DNA of 64,000 nucleotides from Sphagnum compactum (Eukaryota), in NCBI GenBank assembly GCA_965153455.1, contig OZ234493.1, positions 23,984,213 to 24,048,212 on the forward strand, in the 5' to 3' direction. The translations under genes were made by a program, and so were the position numbers. This document shows, in pieces, positions 13,686 to 26,559 of this stretch (position 1 is the stretch's first letter; each line of letters begins with the position of its first letter). Under the pieces are notes generated by a model. That model saw only the letters and a program-made list of their open reading frames with translations. It made no database searches and was not told where the DNA came from.

Positions 13686-16600
13686 ATGGGGTGGCTCTCG
13701 GCATGTCTTGGAGGAGGACATACAACCAAACAGCAGAGACATTGTTCCAAAACATTCATTCCTCACCATAGCAGCAGGGTAAGACATTGCAAATGACCTA
13801 TCTCATTCCCAGCTTCGTCTTTTTCTTCTTGACTTGGAGTCCCCCTCTCTTGTTTTGCACTGCCTTTGAAGGTCCATTGCAGAGCTCAGTGCAAAAGTTG
13901 TCACATCTTGAGTCCAAACACAACCTCGTATTCAGCCCTTCAGAAGAATATGTATGATGTATGTTCTGAGGAGCTCCTGTTTCCTGCAGCACAAGGGGGA
14001 ACTTACTGTTTAAAGTCTCTGCTTATTCTTTGCTTTTTTTTTTCAGGGAAGATTGAGTAGCCTTCCAAATCATTTGAAGCTTCCTCAAGCAGCAAGAGAA
14101 GGTATGTGTGCACCTGTGTTAATTCGCTGCTGCTTCCCTATTCTGAACTTCTCTCAATCAAGAGGAGTCCCTTGATCAAGACTTTGGCCTGAAGATTCCT
14201 CTTGATTCGTTTACAACATCTAATAATGCTCATCCTTTCTCTGGTATCTAGGGCATGAATCAGTGGACCATATTTTGAGGAAGACTGCAGCTCCTCCACC
14301 AACAAGTTCCACATGTCGTGATCTGCGGAAGGTTGATGTGAGTAGGCAAAGAAAATCAACCAGCAGCACAATGCTGAATATACGCATTGAAGGGGAAATT
14401 GATACAGAGATAAGCTTGCAATCAGATGTGCATGAAATGAAGGAGGAATTGGCCACACTCCGCCAGATTCTGGCAGTGGAAGCAGACCAAACCAGGAAAC
14501 TCAAGGAAGAGGTGAGGTATCTAACCCCTGCCCTTCAATACTGAACATCTGCAAGCTCATGTGATTCAACCGTACACTTCCAGTTCCAAACTAGTTAAGC
14601 TTCCAGAACTGGGAATACAAGCAGCACACCACATGATACAGCAGAGCAAAGTATTTACTACGAAAGACCAATGCTCTTCCTTGAGGATCTGTTGAGTTTC
14701 ATCAGGCAATTGTTACTTGCTTGCACAGTATGGAAGCCAATGCATGATACTTCTTCTAAGGCATTTGTACTCTGTCAACAGGTCAACTTTCTGCGCTCAT
14801 GTGGTGTCCTTCAAAAGGATTTTGAGAGAAAAGGCCTAGAAAGTGACAATCTTGCTTCTCCAGATGATGGGCACTCATTTTCAGGCCATTCTGATGAAGG
14901 CCACAATCATAAATTAAAAAAGCATCAACGTGAAGGAGGCAGCAGTGTCAAGCAGCTTTATAAATGCTACTCAGGACCTATGAATTGGAACACCAGTTCA
15001 ATCAAATCCTCAAGCTTGCCCAAGTGCTCCCCCGTTTTGTGAGTTCTTCTATCAAAAATCATGTAAATTGTGTTCTGCTATTGGCAAATAGTAAATTAAA
15101 TGCTCAGACCAATTTAATTTTCTGTATCTCAAGGGATTCAGACATGAACCCCTCTTGCTGTTATGCACAGGTCCGCAGCTGCTGCAGAGAAAATAGCAAA
15201 GTGCATGCAGACGGAGCATGCAAGATTGTCAGCCCAAAGAGCAAGTCTGACTCCCAAGCTCCAATTCCATCAGAAAGTGCATGATTGTCAAGATGACAGG
15301 GGTATGTTAAACCATGGAAGTGAAGAGGGAGATGCAGATTTGCATGGAAGATCAGTTCCACAGGCCTCAACAATCAATGGGAGTCAGATAAACTTGACAG
15401 AGCTTGGTTCAAAGCCCCAACTTGTGTCATGGGCACATAATGTGAACTTTGGGGCAAAACCTGTTGGAGACATGCAGAATGCTGGAGCACAGCAGGTATC
15501 TATGTTATTCAGACTGAGCTATACATGTCTTGGTTGTTTATATTATGTGCATGATCTGATCCTTCTTGGGGATGATCATACTTTCAGGGAGAACATCAAG
15601 TTGAAGATTTGAAGACCCTGAAGGGAAAATCAAATGCAGAAGCTTTGGAGGTAGTACAGTGGATTGAAGTGCGAGCTAGTCCAATTTCAAGTAGCTCCTC
15701 ATCAAATGTGAAAGATAAAACCAAATTTCCTGGTAAATCATCAGCACACATGCGAGCCATGTTAGTGGGGGCTAATGATGTCACTAAGCGTTCTCAAAGA
15801 GCAGCAAGAAGGCAGCAGAAAAGATCAGGTGCTCGGGCAGAGAATTCGCCTGGAGATCACAATTTTGCTGTGACAAGCTCAAGCCATGTTGGAATAGCTG
15901 ACCATCCTGGATCCCAACTGACAATGGGCACTCTGGCAAAATTCAAACAGGCTCAGCAGCAGCTAATTCCTGGACACTATTCCTTGACTGGGAACAACAC
16001 ATTTCGAACATCAAGAAAGAGACATCTGGGCTTGTGGTTGCGAGGATTTCAAACTCCTTTATCACCTGTCAGAGAATGCTTGTCTGTTGAAGAAAAATCT
16101 TGCAGCAGAGAGAGTGGCAACAGTGAGGCTTCTGCTGCATGTGATTCTGGCCATGTACAAAGCCGTCAAAGAAATTGTCATGCACTTGATGCAGTAAACT
16201 CTGTTGAAAAGAATCATCACAGTCATGAAAGCCATACAGGATATGATGCTGATGTCACTCCTGTTAATGGGACTGGTGATCAGGAAATGGAGTGTTGCAT
16301 AGGGAAAAAGAATGGAGACCTGAACTCCTTGGAGAAGGAACCTCATTTGTTCCTTGACAGCATTGATTTGGAGCCAATCCAATGCGCCTCCCCAACTCTG
16401 TCTCAGAAAAGAGCAGCTTCCATGGGAATTGGTTCCGTCTGCACTTTGGCTGTTTCATCACCTCTCTTCTCAGATAGTCAAGAGTTTGACAGGATGGAAG
16501 TTGGGGATAGTGTAGACTGGGATGAGACCTGTGGGTCTGATGAGGATGCTTCAATTGGCATGCAGTTAATAGAGTGCAGCTCACCGTCTTTTTCTCCAAA

Positions 16601-17589
16601 GAAGAAGAAGAAGACCCCAATAACTGCGACTCGTCTATCAGTCAAGGGTGAGTTTCATTCTGTGGTGGATTCAGCTGAGGATGCTGGGGGGAAGGATCAC
16701 ATGGTTGCAGTAGAGTCATCATCTGAGGGTTCATTCACTGGAAACATCTTGACATGGAATCCTTCACCAAAAGCAAATGATCAGAACTGGTATTCAGATG
16801 CAATAGAAGCATTACAGAATATGAATGATGTCCAAATCTCAAATGAGCTGTGCATGTCAAGCTTTGAGGAGAAGTCCCCAGCAATGAACCAGCAGAAGCA
16901 GGAACAGCTTGATGATGATGATGCAAGGTCATCATCACATGGAAATTCTTCAGAGAGTGAAGCTCTGAAGAGAGCTTTCTTTTGGTGTGAATCTGAAACT
17001 GATGTCCACAAGAATGTTGGTAGATATGAAGAGGAAGTTACCCAAAATGAAGATGACAGTGAAGAACTATACCAAATGGGGGAGAAGTCACAACTACAGT
17101 CTTCATTGGTCATGAATGGGATTCAGCACAGGAGATCGGTGCTCAAGTCATGCACAAACTCCAAGAGAGGTAAAATGCTTAAGCTGATTGTGTTATAATG
17201 CACTTAATTTATTTTCTCAACCTTCAATTGTACCATTGCAGAATAAGCCAGAAAACAGAGTTTACTGTACAGTCTGTAAAGTCTGCTGGCGTTACCAATC
17301 ACAACCAAGAATTTCAGTCTAGACAAAAGCAATATCCTTGCTTGATCTTGGAATTGATAGATCTGGTCAGGAGGAGCTCGTGAGTTTACTTAGGAAATAA
17401 AACAACAGGATGTTTGTATGATGTAACTATCAAGTAATGCCATTGTGGTTGTTGTTTTGTTGTGCAGAATCCTTAAGGGGAGATGGCAAATTTACAGAGA
17501 CAAATGATTACTGCATTGAACCAAAGGACCTTTCCCAAATCTCGCACATCGTGGACAAAGAGAATATCATCTACAAGGACCTTTCCTAA
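13686..17589 (+). CDS. JASON-like protein (predicted lipidated N-terminus, coiled coil, long disordered region)
   Basis: In-frame GT-AG exon chain 13686-13778, 14047-14101, 14252-14511, 14782-15038, 15171-15495, 15588-17169. The last exon is probably 17468-17589 (..VDKENIIYKDLS*), but the 3' end is uncertain. N-terminus MGWLSACLGG and junction motif LKEEVNFLRSCGVL resemble the JASON family (MGCFxxCF; L..EA.FLK.CG.L), recalled from memory. 5' UTR intron candidate 13402-13612. Confidence 0.7.
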
Positions 17590-19665
17590 GGGCTGCAATT
17601 TGCCAGACATATGCTACACCAACAACACATGTAAGAGGTTGATTGGTTAAGGGCTCATTTTAGGGTGCACTGCCTAACCCTCGGTCCCAAGTTTATAAAT
17701 TGACTGATTAAGGTCACAAAGGATGCCAACTCTGACCTTGTAAAGAGATCTTCATGTTGTGGCTGGTGTTCATATTGGACATTCAGAGAACTGGCCTCTT
17801 CTTGGGGGCAACAATTTCTTAGAATCACACCTTGTTCACCCCACCCTCTTGTTTTCCAGTGATTTTGAGATCTTAGAACCCTTGTTTCTTGAGATACAGT
17901 GGTCCTGGGGCAAAAGAAGCAAGGTTCAGGAATGTGCAATCTGGACATTAACCTTGACACTAATTATAAGTGAGGGGGATGGAAGAGTGGGCTTTCATGA
18001 TTTTGATTGACTTTGTACTAGTGAAATCTCCTGCAGGATATGTTCTTGCCCCTGCTTTCATGTTGAGGTCCATGGGGCCAAGCCATCAAGGCACACCAGG
18101 TGACAGAACACGGCATGAGGAGCCACCTTCTCTGGTGTCCTGTGAATAAGGTGGAATTGGCACTTCTCTCAAAACACTCAAATTCTGCAATGCAAGAAGC
18201 CTGGAAAAAAGGCTGAATAGGCCATAAAAATCTTTTGTGGCAAATGAAATCAAAGGTTCTTGTTGCAGTTCCAAGCAAAATATTGGTATGAGGGCATTGA
18301 GTGATGATGCCCTTTGAGGAAAACCATTGCAACAATGACATGTTTTGCCTAGGGCCCTAGCAGCAAGGCATAATGATGCCTTGTGAATTGTGGGTGAAGC
18401 CAAAGTCGGTATCATTTTTTGCCAAATGTTTGCACCTTGGTGAATTTTTTTTCAAAACAGCCAAAGAAAGAAAAAAGGAAAAAATGTTTTGAGGTTTTTT
18501 AATAATAATTTGTTTTTCTTGGATAATTTTTTGAAAAGGAAAGTCGCCAGATGTAGACCATTTGGGTACTACTTGGGTAACCACATGCACCAGGAATTCT
18601 AAAAGAATGGTCTCTGGCCTTTTCATTTGCAGCTATATATTTTTGGGATATTTTCTTAAAAAACCTTGGTCTGGGTTGTAATTACATTAGGCAGATTTAA
18701 TTGTAATTAGTTTATCCCTGGTAAATAATCAACTCTCAATATTAGGCAAAGAAAATAATAAGAAGATGATTCGGCTTGAGGTTTAACATATACTACACCA
18801 CCCAAAATTAAAAACCTTCCCTCTTCTCTGTTTAGCTATCATGGGTGAATTCGTGGTTATCTGGTTACATGACGCTTGGGTACAAATGGGGTGCCAACAA
18901 AACCTTAGATTGGAAACATTGTAGCATTTTGGTACCTAGTGTGTGAAGATGACTTTAAAGGTGCAGCAATGAAAGTCAATTTCACAACTTCTTTGTCTTT
19001 GAAATTTAGACATGCTTGCAAGTTGCTTGCTTGTGCAAGTTTATCAATTGTTGTGTTTAATGATTCATATCCGAAGTTTGGAAGGATAGGGAGACTTTGT
19101 TCCATCGCTGAGCATTTTGCTTTTGTTGACACTTTTTACACAAATGCCTGGTTTTTGCTGGGATGGCCAAAGGATGGGTGGTTGTGAAAACTTGTGTATT
19201 TTCAGAGGATGCCCATATAACTAAAACCATAAATCTCAGGAGAAAATCTTCTATCTACTCTACCTCTAAATTGGTCAAACTGGACGTCAGCAAAATATTC
19301 GGAACAAGGTGTGGGAACACATTGGGAACTTGTAGGAAACACTTTGGGAACATCAAAATACAAAAGCTTCACTCTCCTTTTGTAGTTTTCATACTAGTTC
19401 TGCTTCTGCCTGTCGTTAGTTCCTGTGGCTTCCTGGTGCTCACTGCTCACAGTTTGCTCTGATCCAACTTCTCAATGTTCCCCTTCAGCCTTGGCCCTTG
19501 CTTCTGGCCTACAATGGTTCGTTTTAACACCCCCCTCCCCCCCCCCCCCCCCTCTTTCATCAGTCTATAGGTAGAAGCTATCCTTCAATGGGTAAAGCCC
19601 GAGGCCATGGGCTTTTACCAAGCCTAAGAACTGCTTCAGTTTTTATAACATCATTATTATTATTA

Positions 19666-19696
19666 CTAGTGATACCCAGTGGGTATAGGTACCCAC
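19666..19696 (-). mobile_element. Helitron-like 3' terminus
   Basis: Minus strand reads gtgggta-ccta-tacccac hairpin, 9 nt, then CTAG followed by T. This is the canonical Helitron end geometry. The 5' end was not located. Confidence 0.45.
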
Positions 19697-20902
19697 GTGT
19701 AGTCTCTAAGGAACTCCTTATGTTATTTTTCTCGAGGTCGAGCCTATTTTAATGTAGCGAGAGCTTTCTTGCGGATTGTCTATGATGACATGCTAAGGAT
19801 TTTTATTTCAAATTTACACCCACTCAAGACAGCAACGCTAACGTTAGAGAGATGGCTAAAAGTCATCTACTTTATGTCCTCAATGGGAGAGAAGTACCAT
19901 GGGGAAAAAACCAAAAAAAATTGAGGATGTTTCAATAAGTGGAATGACTGCCAGAGAGAGCATTCTGCATTTTGAAATGGCCCAACTAGTGAATGAAGAA
20001 ATACCCTGGGTTACATGCCCTTTAATTACACTAAAAAAGATCAGAGCAGGTGTTTAAGGGGAGGTCTTGAGTTAAATTCTTGAAATTTCTATGTGGTTTT
20101 GTGAGGAGTGGCAGGTATAGTATCCATGTTTGTGTATGGTATACGTTTATAGCTACCTGTACATATATTGATTGGCATATTTCTGTATTTATGTAGTCAA
20201 GCTCCAGGATCATCGTCGCCTTGGTCGCCATCTGCCCTTCCTCCTCTGGTCTTTCGCCTTGAAAATTTACCCAGGAGGTTTCCCTTTCAGATGTGCACAT
20301 CATTTGCCTTTCACAAAGCTAAGTCAGGCTCAAGAATCCCACTTCCCAATCTGGTTTCAATTCCCCAGGTTTTGTGCTTCCTGGGTTCCCTAAACCCTAA
20401 CGATGGAGCAGTAGAGAAGACAGATAGATGCATAACCTAAAAGAAGAACCTTAGACCAAGTCTTTGTCAGAACATCATTTGTCTTCACACCATCATCTTC
20501 CTCGCACTATGCAGGTTCACAATGGTGATTGTTTGAAAAGCAAAAGAAGTCCTCCAGCGTGATGATCAAAAGTTTTGAGGAAACCTTCAAAATTTCACAA
20601 AATGTTGTTTGGTAAGCAAAAGCATGTCCATAATTCCAGTTCACAGATGCAATGTATCAGACACCAAACATTAAAGATGACAAAGAAGAAAAGACAGACA
20701 AGTCTGCAAAGAAAAAGATAAAACCAAACCCTCTTCGAAGTGTGAAAGCAAGAGATCACCAGAGATCATTACTGTCCAAATGCAACTTGCAAGAGTGCTT
20801 GAGCTGTGTTTATTGGATTATTATTTGCTTGCATGCTTTATTCTCAGTACTAAGTACTACTGGTGTTCCTGTTTTGATGAAACACCAGGTTGACGTACCA
20901 CT

Positions 20903-21752
20903 TCAAGGTGCCAAGGCATGGTATCTAATTTTGTCTAAATACACAAGAGTCTCTACTGGAAAAATTAACCTGTTAACTGTCTCACTTGATGTGTTCTGTG
21001 ATGGTGCTTGACACCTTGAAATAACCCTAGCATTATGCATGGCAAAGGAAAGAGAGAACCACATCAATGAACTGAAGCCAACAAGCTGGTTAAAGAGGAG
21101 TTTGCTCAGATGAACCAGCTCTATTTGTTTACTGCAAGAAGGACATGGGAACTGGCCTCTGCCCTTGCAAGCGAGACAAGGAGTGCTCTCTCTTGGTTCT
21201 GAGGAAAGAGCACTAAAAAACCCATCAGTCACTTGACCACGTCCTTTGCACTTGAGGCATGGCAGTTTTGTCACACCTCCACATTCCTCACACAATTTCA
21301 AAGACCTGCAGCAGTTGCTCACCAACCCAAACTCTCCAAACCTCATCAGAACACCAGTGATCTGAGCAAGAAAACAAGAGATGAAGAAGAAGAGGATAGT
21401 AATATAGCCAAGTATCTATCTGTGGAGCCTCCTCTTGTATATCTTTTCAGAATTTGTGAAGACTCTTTAGCAATGGCAAGCACAAGCAATGGCCACGATT
21501 TCACCTTGAAGCCGTAACAGATTCAAATTGCCACTAGCACTCTTGCTTGGAAGGAAATCTCGCAAGGTGGAGAAAGACAGATGAGAGAGACAGACCGAAA
21601 GAAAAAGTGAAAGAGATAAGGAGGCTAGATTTACTGAACGTGCGTTGGGAGCGCGCAACGAAAGAGTCGACTTTGGGAGCAGCCGAAGCAGCAATTAGGA
21701 GCAGTGCACCAACGCCGAAGCTTGCAATCTCACTTACTGTAACATTGGCCAT
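20903..21752 (-). CDS. Small DnaJ-like cysteine-rich zinc-finger protein with N-terminal hydrophobic segment
   Basis: Exon 1 21752-21640 (MANVTVSEIASFGVGALLLIAASAAPKVDSFVARSQR). Exon 2 starts at 21305 after tgcag. Four CxxC motifs of CxxCxGxG type: CEECGG, CLKCKGRG, CLACKGRG, CPSC. The frame stays open to 20903, while homologs as I recall them end shortly after CPSCSK (~21127). Confidence 0.85.
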
Positions 21753-22229
21753 GGCTCCTGCTTTGCTAACTGCTATTCTCCCTTCCTTCCTCTTCTTCTA
21801 AAGTTCGAAATCCTCAAGTCATCAAAAAACTACATCCGAGCGTTCTCTGTGGCGAGAAAGCAATGAGTTTGAACGCCTAATTCCCCTTCAAGCATATGCA
21901 TGAGATTTAAGAAGAAATCTCCACAACAACACGTTGAAGGTATCACTACAAACGAAAGAGTACATTCACAACCTTGAGGAAAGCGCTCACAAAGTATTCA
22001 CAATTTCACATTCATATCTTCAGACTTTGCATTTGCAGGTTGCATGGAAGAAGCATTACAAACTGAAGAGAAACCGCGTTCCCTGAGTTCCTTAAATTAT
22101 GGTGATCATTAGGGTTCATTAGGGTTCCTTAAACCCTAATGAAGGAGCAGTAGAGAAGACAGAGAGAGAGACACAAACGACACACACACAGACAAAGAGA
22201 GAGCAGAGAAGACAAAGAAGTTGAGAGAA

Positions 22230-23523
22230 ATGGGTACCCTAGTAGGGCATATAGTTCCATCGGTGGTTTTTGTGCTGGTGGGTTTCTGGCACCTCGTGTG
22301 TGCGTTTTTCAATTACGTGAGACAGGGAAGAGAGTACACCTCCAAAGCATGGCATGCGATGGGTTGGCTGCCATACGGGTTAAAGCATATCGAACTTTAC
22401 CTGATGGTGGTGCTCATTCCTTTTGCCATTTTCTACGAGCTGGGAGTCTCTACAAGCTTTCGACCGTTGGTGGATTCCATGATTCCGTTGAACCGCGTGG
22501 CGAGCTTCGAGCATACTACCACCCTCTTCATGTTCTGGTTGTTTGCCGTCATTGTGTTGTTCAGCGATACCACAGCGTTTCTACCACTTCCCGCTGAGGC
22601 GTCTTTCTTGTTTGCTGGCCTGGCCTTTGCACTCGAGTGGATTTCTCTTGCACATGAAGCTGCGCGGAATTCGGGTTTGGAGAGTCAGTGTAATTTGCTC
22701 CTTGCTTACATCTCAGGGCTCTGTGCAGCAAGTGCAGGTCTCTCGCCCTCCCTGTAACCCTAATCTTCTGTTCTAGCTGCTTTCTTTTGCTTCCCTGTAA
22801 CCCTAATCTTGTGCCCTGCAAGCAACTAGCACCAGGGGTTTAGGTTTTGGCCTTTTCTGTGACTCATGCAGATGTGAAGATTGCTGCAGTGTGAATGTGA
22901 GAATGATTTCATTCTGATGTGTGTGCATTGACTTTGTGACTGCAGTTTGATTACACTGATCTATGTTTTCTTAAACTGCAACCAAAAACTGTTTTGGTGG
23001 ACATGTTGCTGTGCATGGGAATCATCCTGCAGAGCACATGGTTGTTTCAGATTGCACTCTTCCTCTAGGATTCGTTCTGATGTGTGTGCATTGACCCTTG
23101 TGTGTGCAATTTGATTGCGATGCAGGTTTTCTTGCACTGCGACCAAAAACATTTTTGGTGGATGTGTTGTTGTGCATGGGGATTATCCTGCAGGGGACAT
23201 GGTTGTTTCAGATTGCATTCTTTCTCTACGTCGAGCAGTTCATTCCCCAGGGTTGCCATTATAGGCTGGATCTTCCAACTGGAATTGATGGTTCCACATT
23301 GTGTGAGGTTGAGCAGGCAAGGATTCGTGCTGTGGCACTCATCAATTTAGCATTCAACTGTCATGTGATTGCGGTAGTGGTGTTCTCGGTGCTGCTATTT
23401 GCATTAGTTGCAAAGCTGCAGGGACATCGACGGGGTGGTTATGATCCTCTTGTTGTGGAGACTGACCCAGAAGGTCTACAAATGAAGCCATTGCCAAAGC
23501 TCAACAGTTTTGACAGACGGTAA
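22230..23523 (+). CDS. TMEM45/DUF716 family multi-pass membrane protein
   Basis: Exons 22230-22737 and 23126-23523 with a phase-1 GT-AG intron. Family motifs MGTLVGHIVP..GFWH, EHTT and QGTWLFQIAF, plus several hydrophobic helices. Confidence 0.92.
22911..23068 (+). repeat. Degenerate tandem duplicate of intron end plus first ~105 nt of TMEM45 exon 2 (pseudo-exon)
   Basis: 22911-23068 aligns with 23074-23229. The acceptor tgcag|g corresponds to tctat|g in the copy, and the TAC (Tyr) codon corresponds to TAG. Confidence 0.88.
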
Positions 23524-26012
23524 CACTGCTGTCTGAAACCCATTTCTTTCTCAGTTTTTTTAAATGTATAGATCTGCACTTCAGATCTATTGACCACTCT
23601 TGTACAAACAATCAATCAGTGAGCAGGTAACTATTGTGGCACTCAATTAGATTTCTCATTAATTTATAGAAATCAACTACCACTCTCCATGCAAAGCAGA
23701 TACACAGTTATGAAAGTTGATGAATTGCAATGGCAGGAGAACACATATGACCTAAGTATGAGATTTTATTTTTCTTTTGTCAATAATGAATTTACAAAGA
23801 AGTGTGTGCACAGTATGTACCTATGTGTGATACAATACAATATTGTATCAAAGATACCTATGTGAAATTTGACACTGACTGCTGGTAATGACAAGTTTTG
23901 ATTGTGTAGGAGTAGACATACAGATATTCAGATACATGTTTGGTGGACTTGGTGTATAAATAGTGAACCTTGTGCAGTTGAAGCATAGATAGGTTAGGAA
24001 ACAAAAAGTATTACTACTAGCAACTGGATCCCGCTGTTAGTGAAGTATGCTGTTCATGATGCAGATCATGGTCTGGTACTTTGTGAGTCATGGCTGCACT
24101 CATTCTTCTCGTGTTCATAAGCTAGGTAGGGATGCCCTTGGTTACTCGGAGCTTTTCTTTCAGGAATTCTTCCCAGGACAGAATGCACCATACTTGAACC
24201 ATGTTAACATGATGGCAAAACTTGGCAGCTGCAACTGCTAGGGTGAAGACAGGCCTATCACTTACAACTATTTTCCTTATCAACAGTCATGTTGAATTGA
24301 ATGTTCTTGTGTGCTGTATCTGCAGCATTAACATTATAGCTTACGGAGCAGGTCATCCATCAGCACTAGAGCTGCTGATGCTAACATTCAAGTATGCCCC
24401 TAACTTCAACCTGGCCCTGGGCTGATGGCACAAGGATATTAAACCTCCTATAAAGTCAGCCATCCCAATGCTATTCTGATGGAAGTGGGCTGAACTCCAG
24501 AATTCTCCTGGAACCTTGCTAAAATTAATTTGAAATTAATTTTCAGAGATGAAAACCACCTGTGAAATGACAAAAGTGCACACTGCCTTGTTGAGGATTG
24601 TTCAGCATTACCAAAAGTGGACCCGGGGATGCCATGGTTGGGGAGGTTTGTAAGATAGGTGTTTGTTTTGATGTGACCATACTGGGCTCTACTGTATAAC
24701 CGTGGCTCCCAATTTTCATGTAAAAAGTGAAAATTCCCACCCAAAGATCTGCTGGTTCTTTCATGAAACCCAGTGGTTCTTTGAGGTTTTTGAAATAAAT
24801 GGAACTGGCCTTTATTCTGATTTTTTTCAAATACCTGAAACTGGTGGTTCTTTGACTCTGACTTTCTCAAATCTGCAGAACTGGCGATTCCTTAATTCTG
24901 ATTATTTTTTTCAAATACTTGGAAAAAGCAATTATTAACAAAATCAAAAACCACCCAACACTGGTGTGTACAAATGTAGCATGGAGATCAAGAGTGAAGC
25001 TGTTGGTACCATCATGAAAGGTTGAGATTGGCACAGGAGTGACATCAGCAACAGAGACCAAACTGAGGAGCTAATTGAATTCTTCATCAAGAGATTGTGT
25101 TATAGTCTGTGGAAGTAAAATTGGCAAGATGGCTCTATGGTTTAATTGTAAGCAGTATGAGATAATGGTGATAGAAATTTCTTCCCAATTTCACCTTCAA
25201 AGGTATTTTGTTGCACATAATTTGTGTCCAGTTTCTATGATGAAGTTGGGCCAGCCTCCAGCTGACAAGCTTTCCCTATGCTGATGTCATTTCAGTTGTC
25301 AACCTTGGTGGAACAAGAGCGACAGACAGTTCTAAAGAATGAGGAGTTCACAGGAAATCTTGTCTCAATGATTGCAATTCATGGTATAAGCAAAGCAATG
25401 TTGGTTAATTAGGTAACATAGAAAGTGTTGTTGATGATGGAATCAACTACTAAGGCATTGTTTCAGGATCTGGCATGATAGAATTTGAGTTGGCTAGAAG
25501 GGTAAGGAAATTGTGGTGTCAAGGAAGCAGGCCTGGAAGGATGTGCAATTGAGAAGTTTCGCTGAAACTTGAGTTGAAGTGGGTATTACACATTCTGGCT
25601 GAGAATTATGTGGGGCTCAACTCAAACTGACACTAGATATCCCCAAGTGAAGAAGTACTCTGGACACAGTTTGTGCTCAAACTCAAGCTTCAACTGCTTC
25701 AAATGTAATATTATTGTACTTGGATCATACAGGGCACATCTCCTCAGCTCTTCGGTGGCATTCCTTCCACCAATGCATGAGTACTCTTGGGAAACAAAAG
25801 TGTTGTTCTATCTTCAAGTGCCAATTTGACTTGAAGACAGTCATATGCATCTGAGGAAGTCTCAAATCAAAAGTTCCTACTGAAGTTGACCGAATGACTC
25901 TATAAACCTATCATCTGATAAAGGAGGAACCACTAGGAAATCCATTGGCAGCACCTGCAACTTTTTATCATACAGTTTTTCAGCAAGTTAGCTGAATTAT
26001 CTTCAGGTCTTA

Positions 26013-26391
26013 CAGCAGCTCCACCCATACGCCACATTTGGCCCTCCAATAGTATTTCTCACATCCAATGTTACTTATTTATTGTTTCTCAAGCCCCACC
26101 CATAAACACAGAAACTAGGGCTCAAAAAGGTCAGAACTTACTAATAGCAAACCATCTAGCCCAATCAATATATCTGGTCAATCAAGAGGAGGTATTAGAT
26201 TGTGAAATGGCTTTTGTCAAAGCATCTGGACCAATTAACATATCTTGTCAATCAAGAATAGGTGTTAGACTGTGCAGTGGCTTTTGCCAGCCTTAACATA
26301 TTGACCTAAAGCCATTTTATCGAGCTTGTCGAGCAAAGTTTACTGATCTTCAGCCAAAAACATGTTGCACAGTGTGCCAATGGAGATGCTC
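26013..26391. mobile_element. Tourist-like MITE (GAGCATCTCCA-type TIR)
   Basis: Ends cagcagctccacc and tggagatgctc, flanked by tta and taa. Terminal region is homologous to the copy at 45886. Confidence 0.6.
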
Positions 26392-26559
26392 TAATGAGAG
26401 CACGATCAAGGGGTTGAAAACGCAATGTACCCATGATCACTGAGATGAAACATTAGAAGGCATGACAAAACTTCGAAAAGTGAGTTCATTGAATATTTAA
26501 AATGCTTGAACAGATGGTGAGTCTGTGACCCATATGAAAAACATCTTCTATGTCAAGTT

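Noticed and set aside
13703..13771. MSWRRTYN.. ORF as the gene start
   Set aside because: It stops before the donor. The ATG at 13686 in another frame splices in frame to the downstream exons.
18905..19260. Coding-looking minus-strand segment
   Set aside because: No recognisable motif, start or splice partner. It may be a gene relic, but I cannot support a call.
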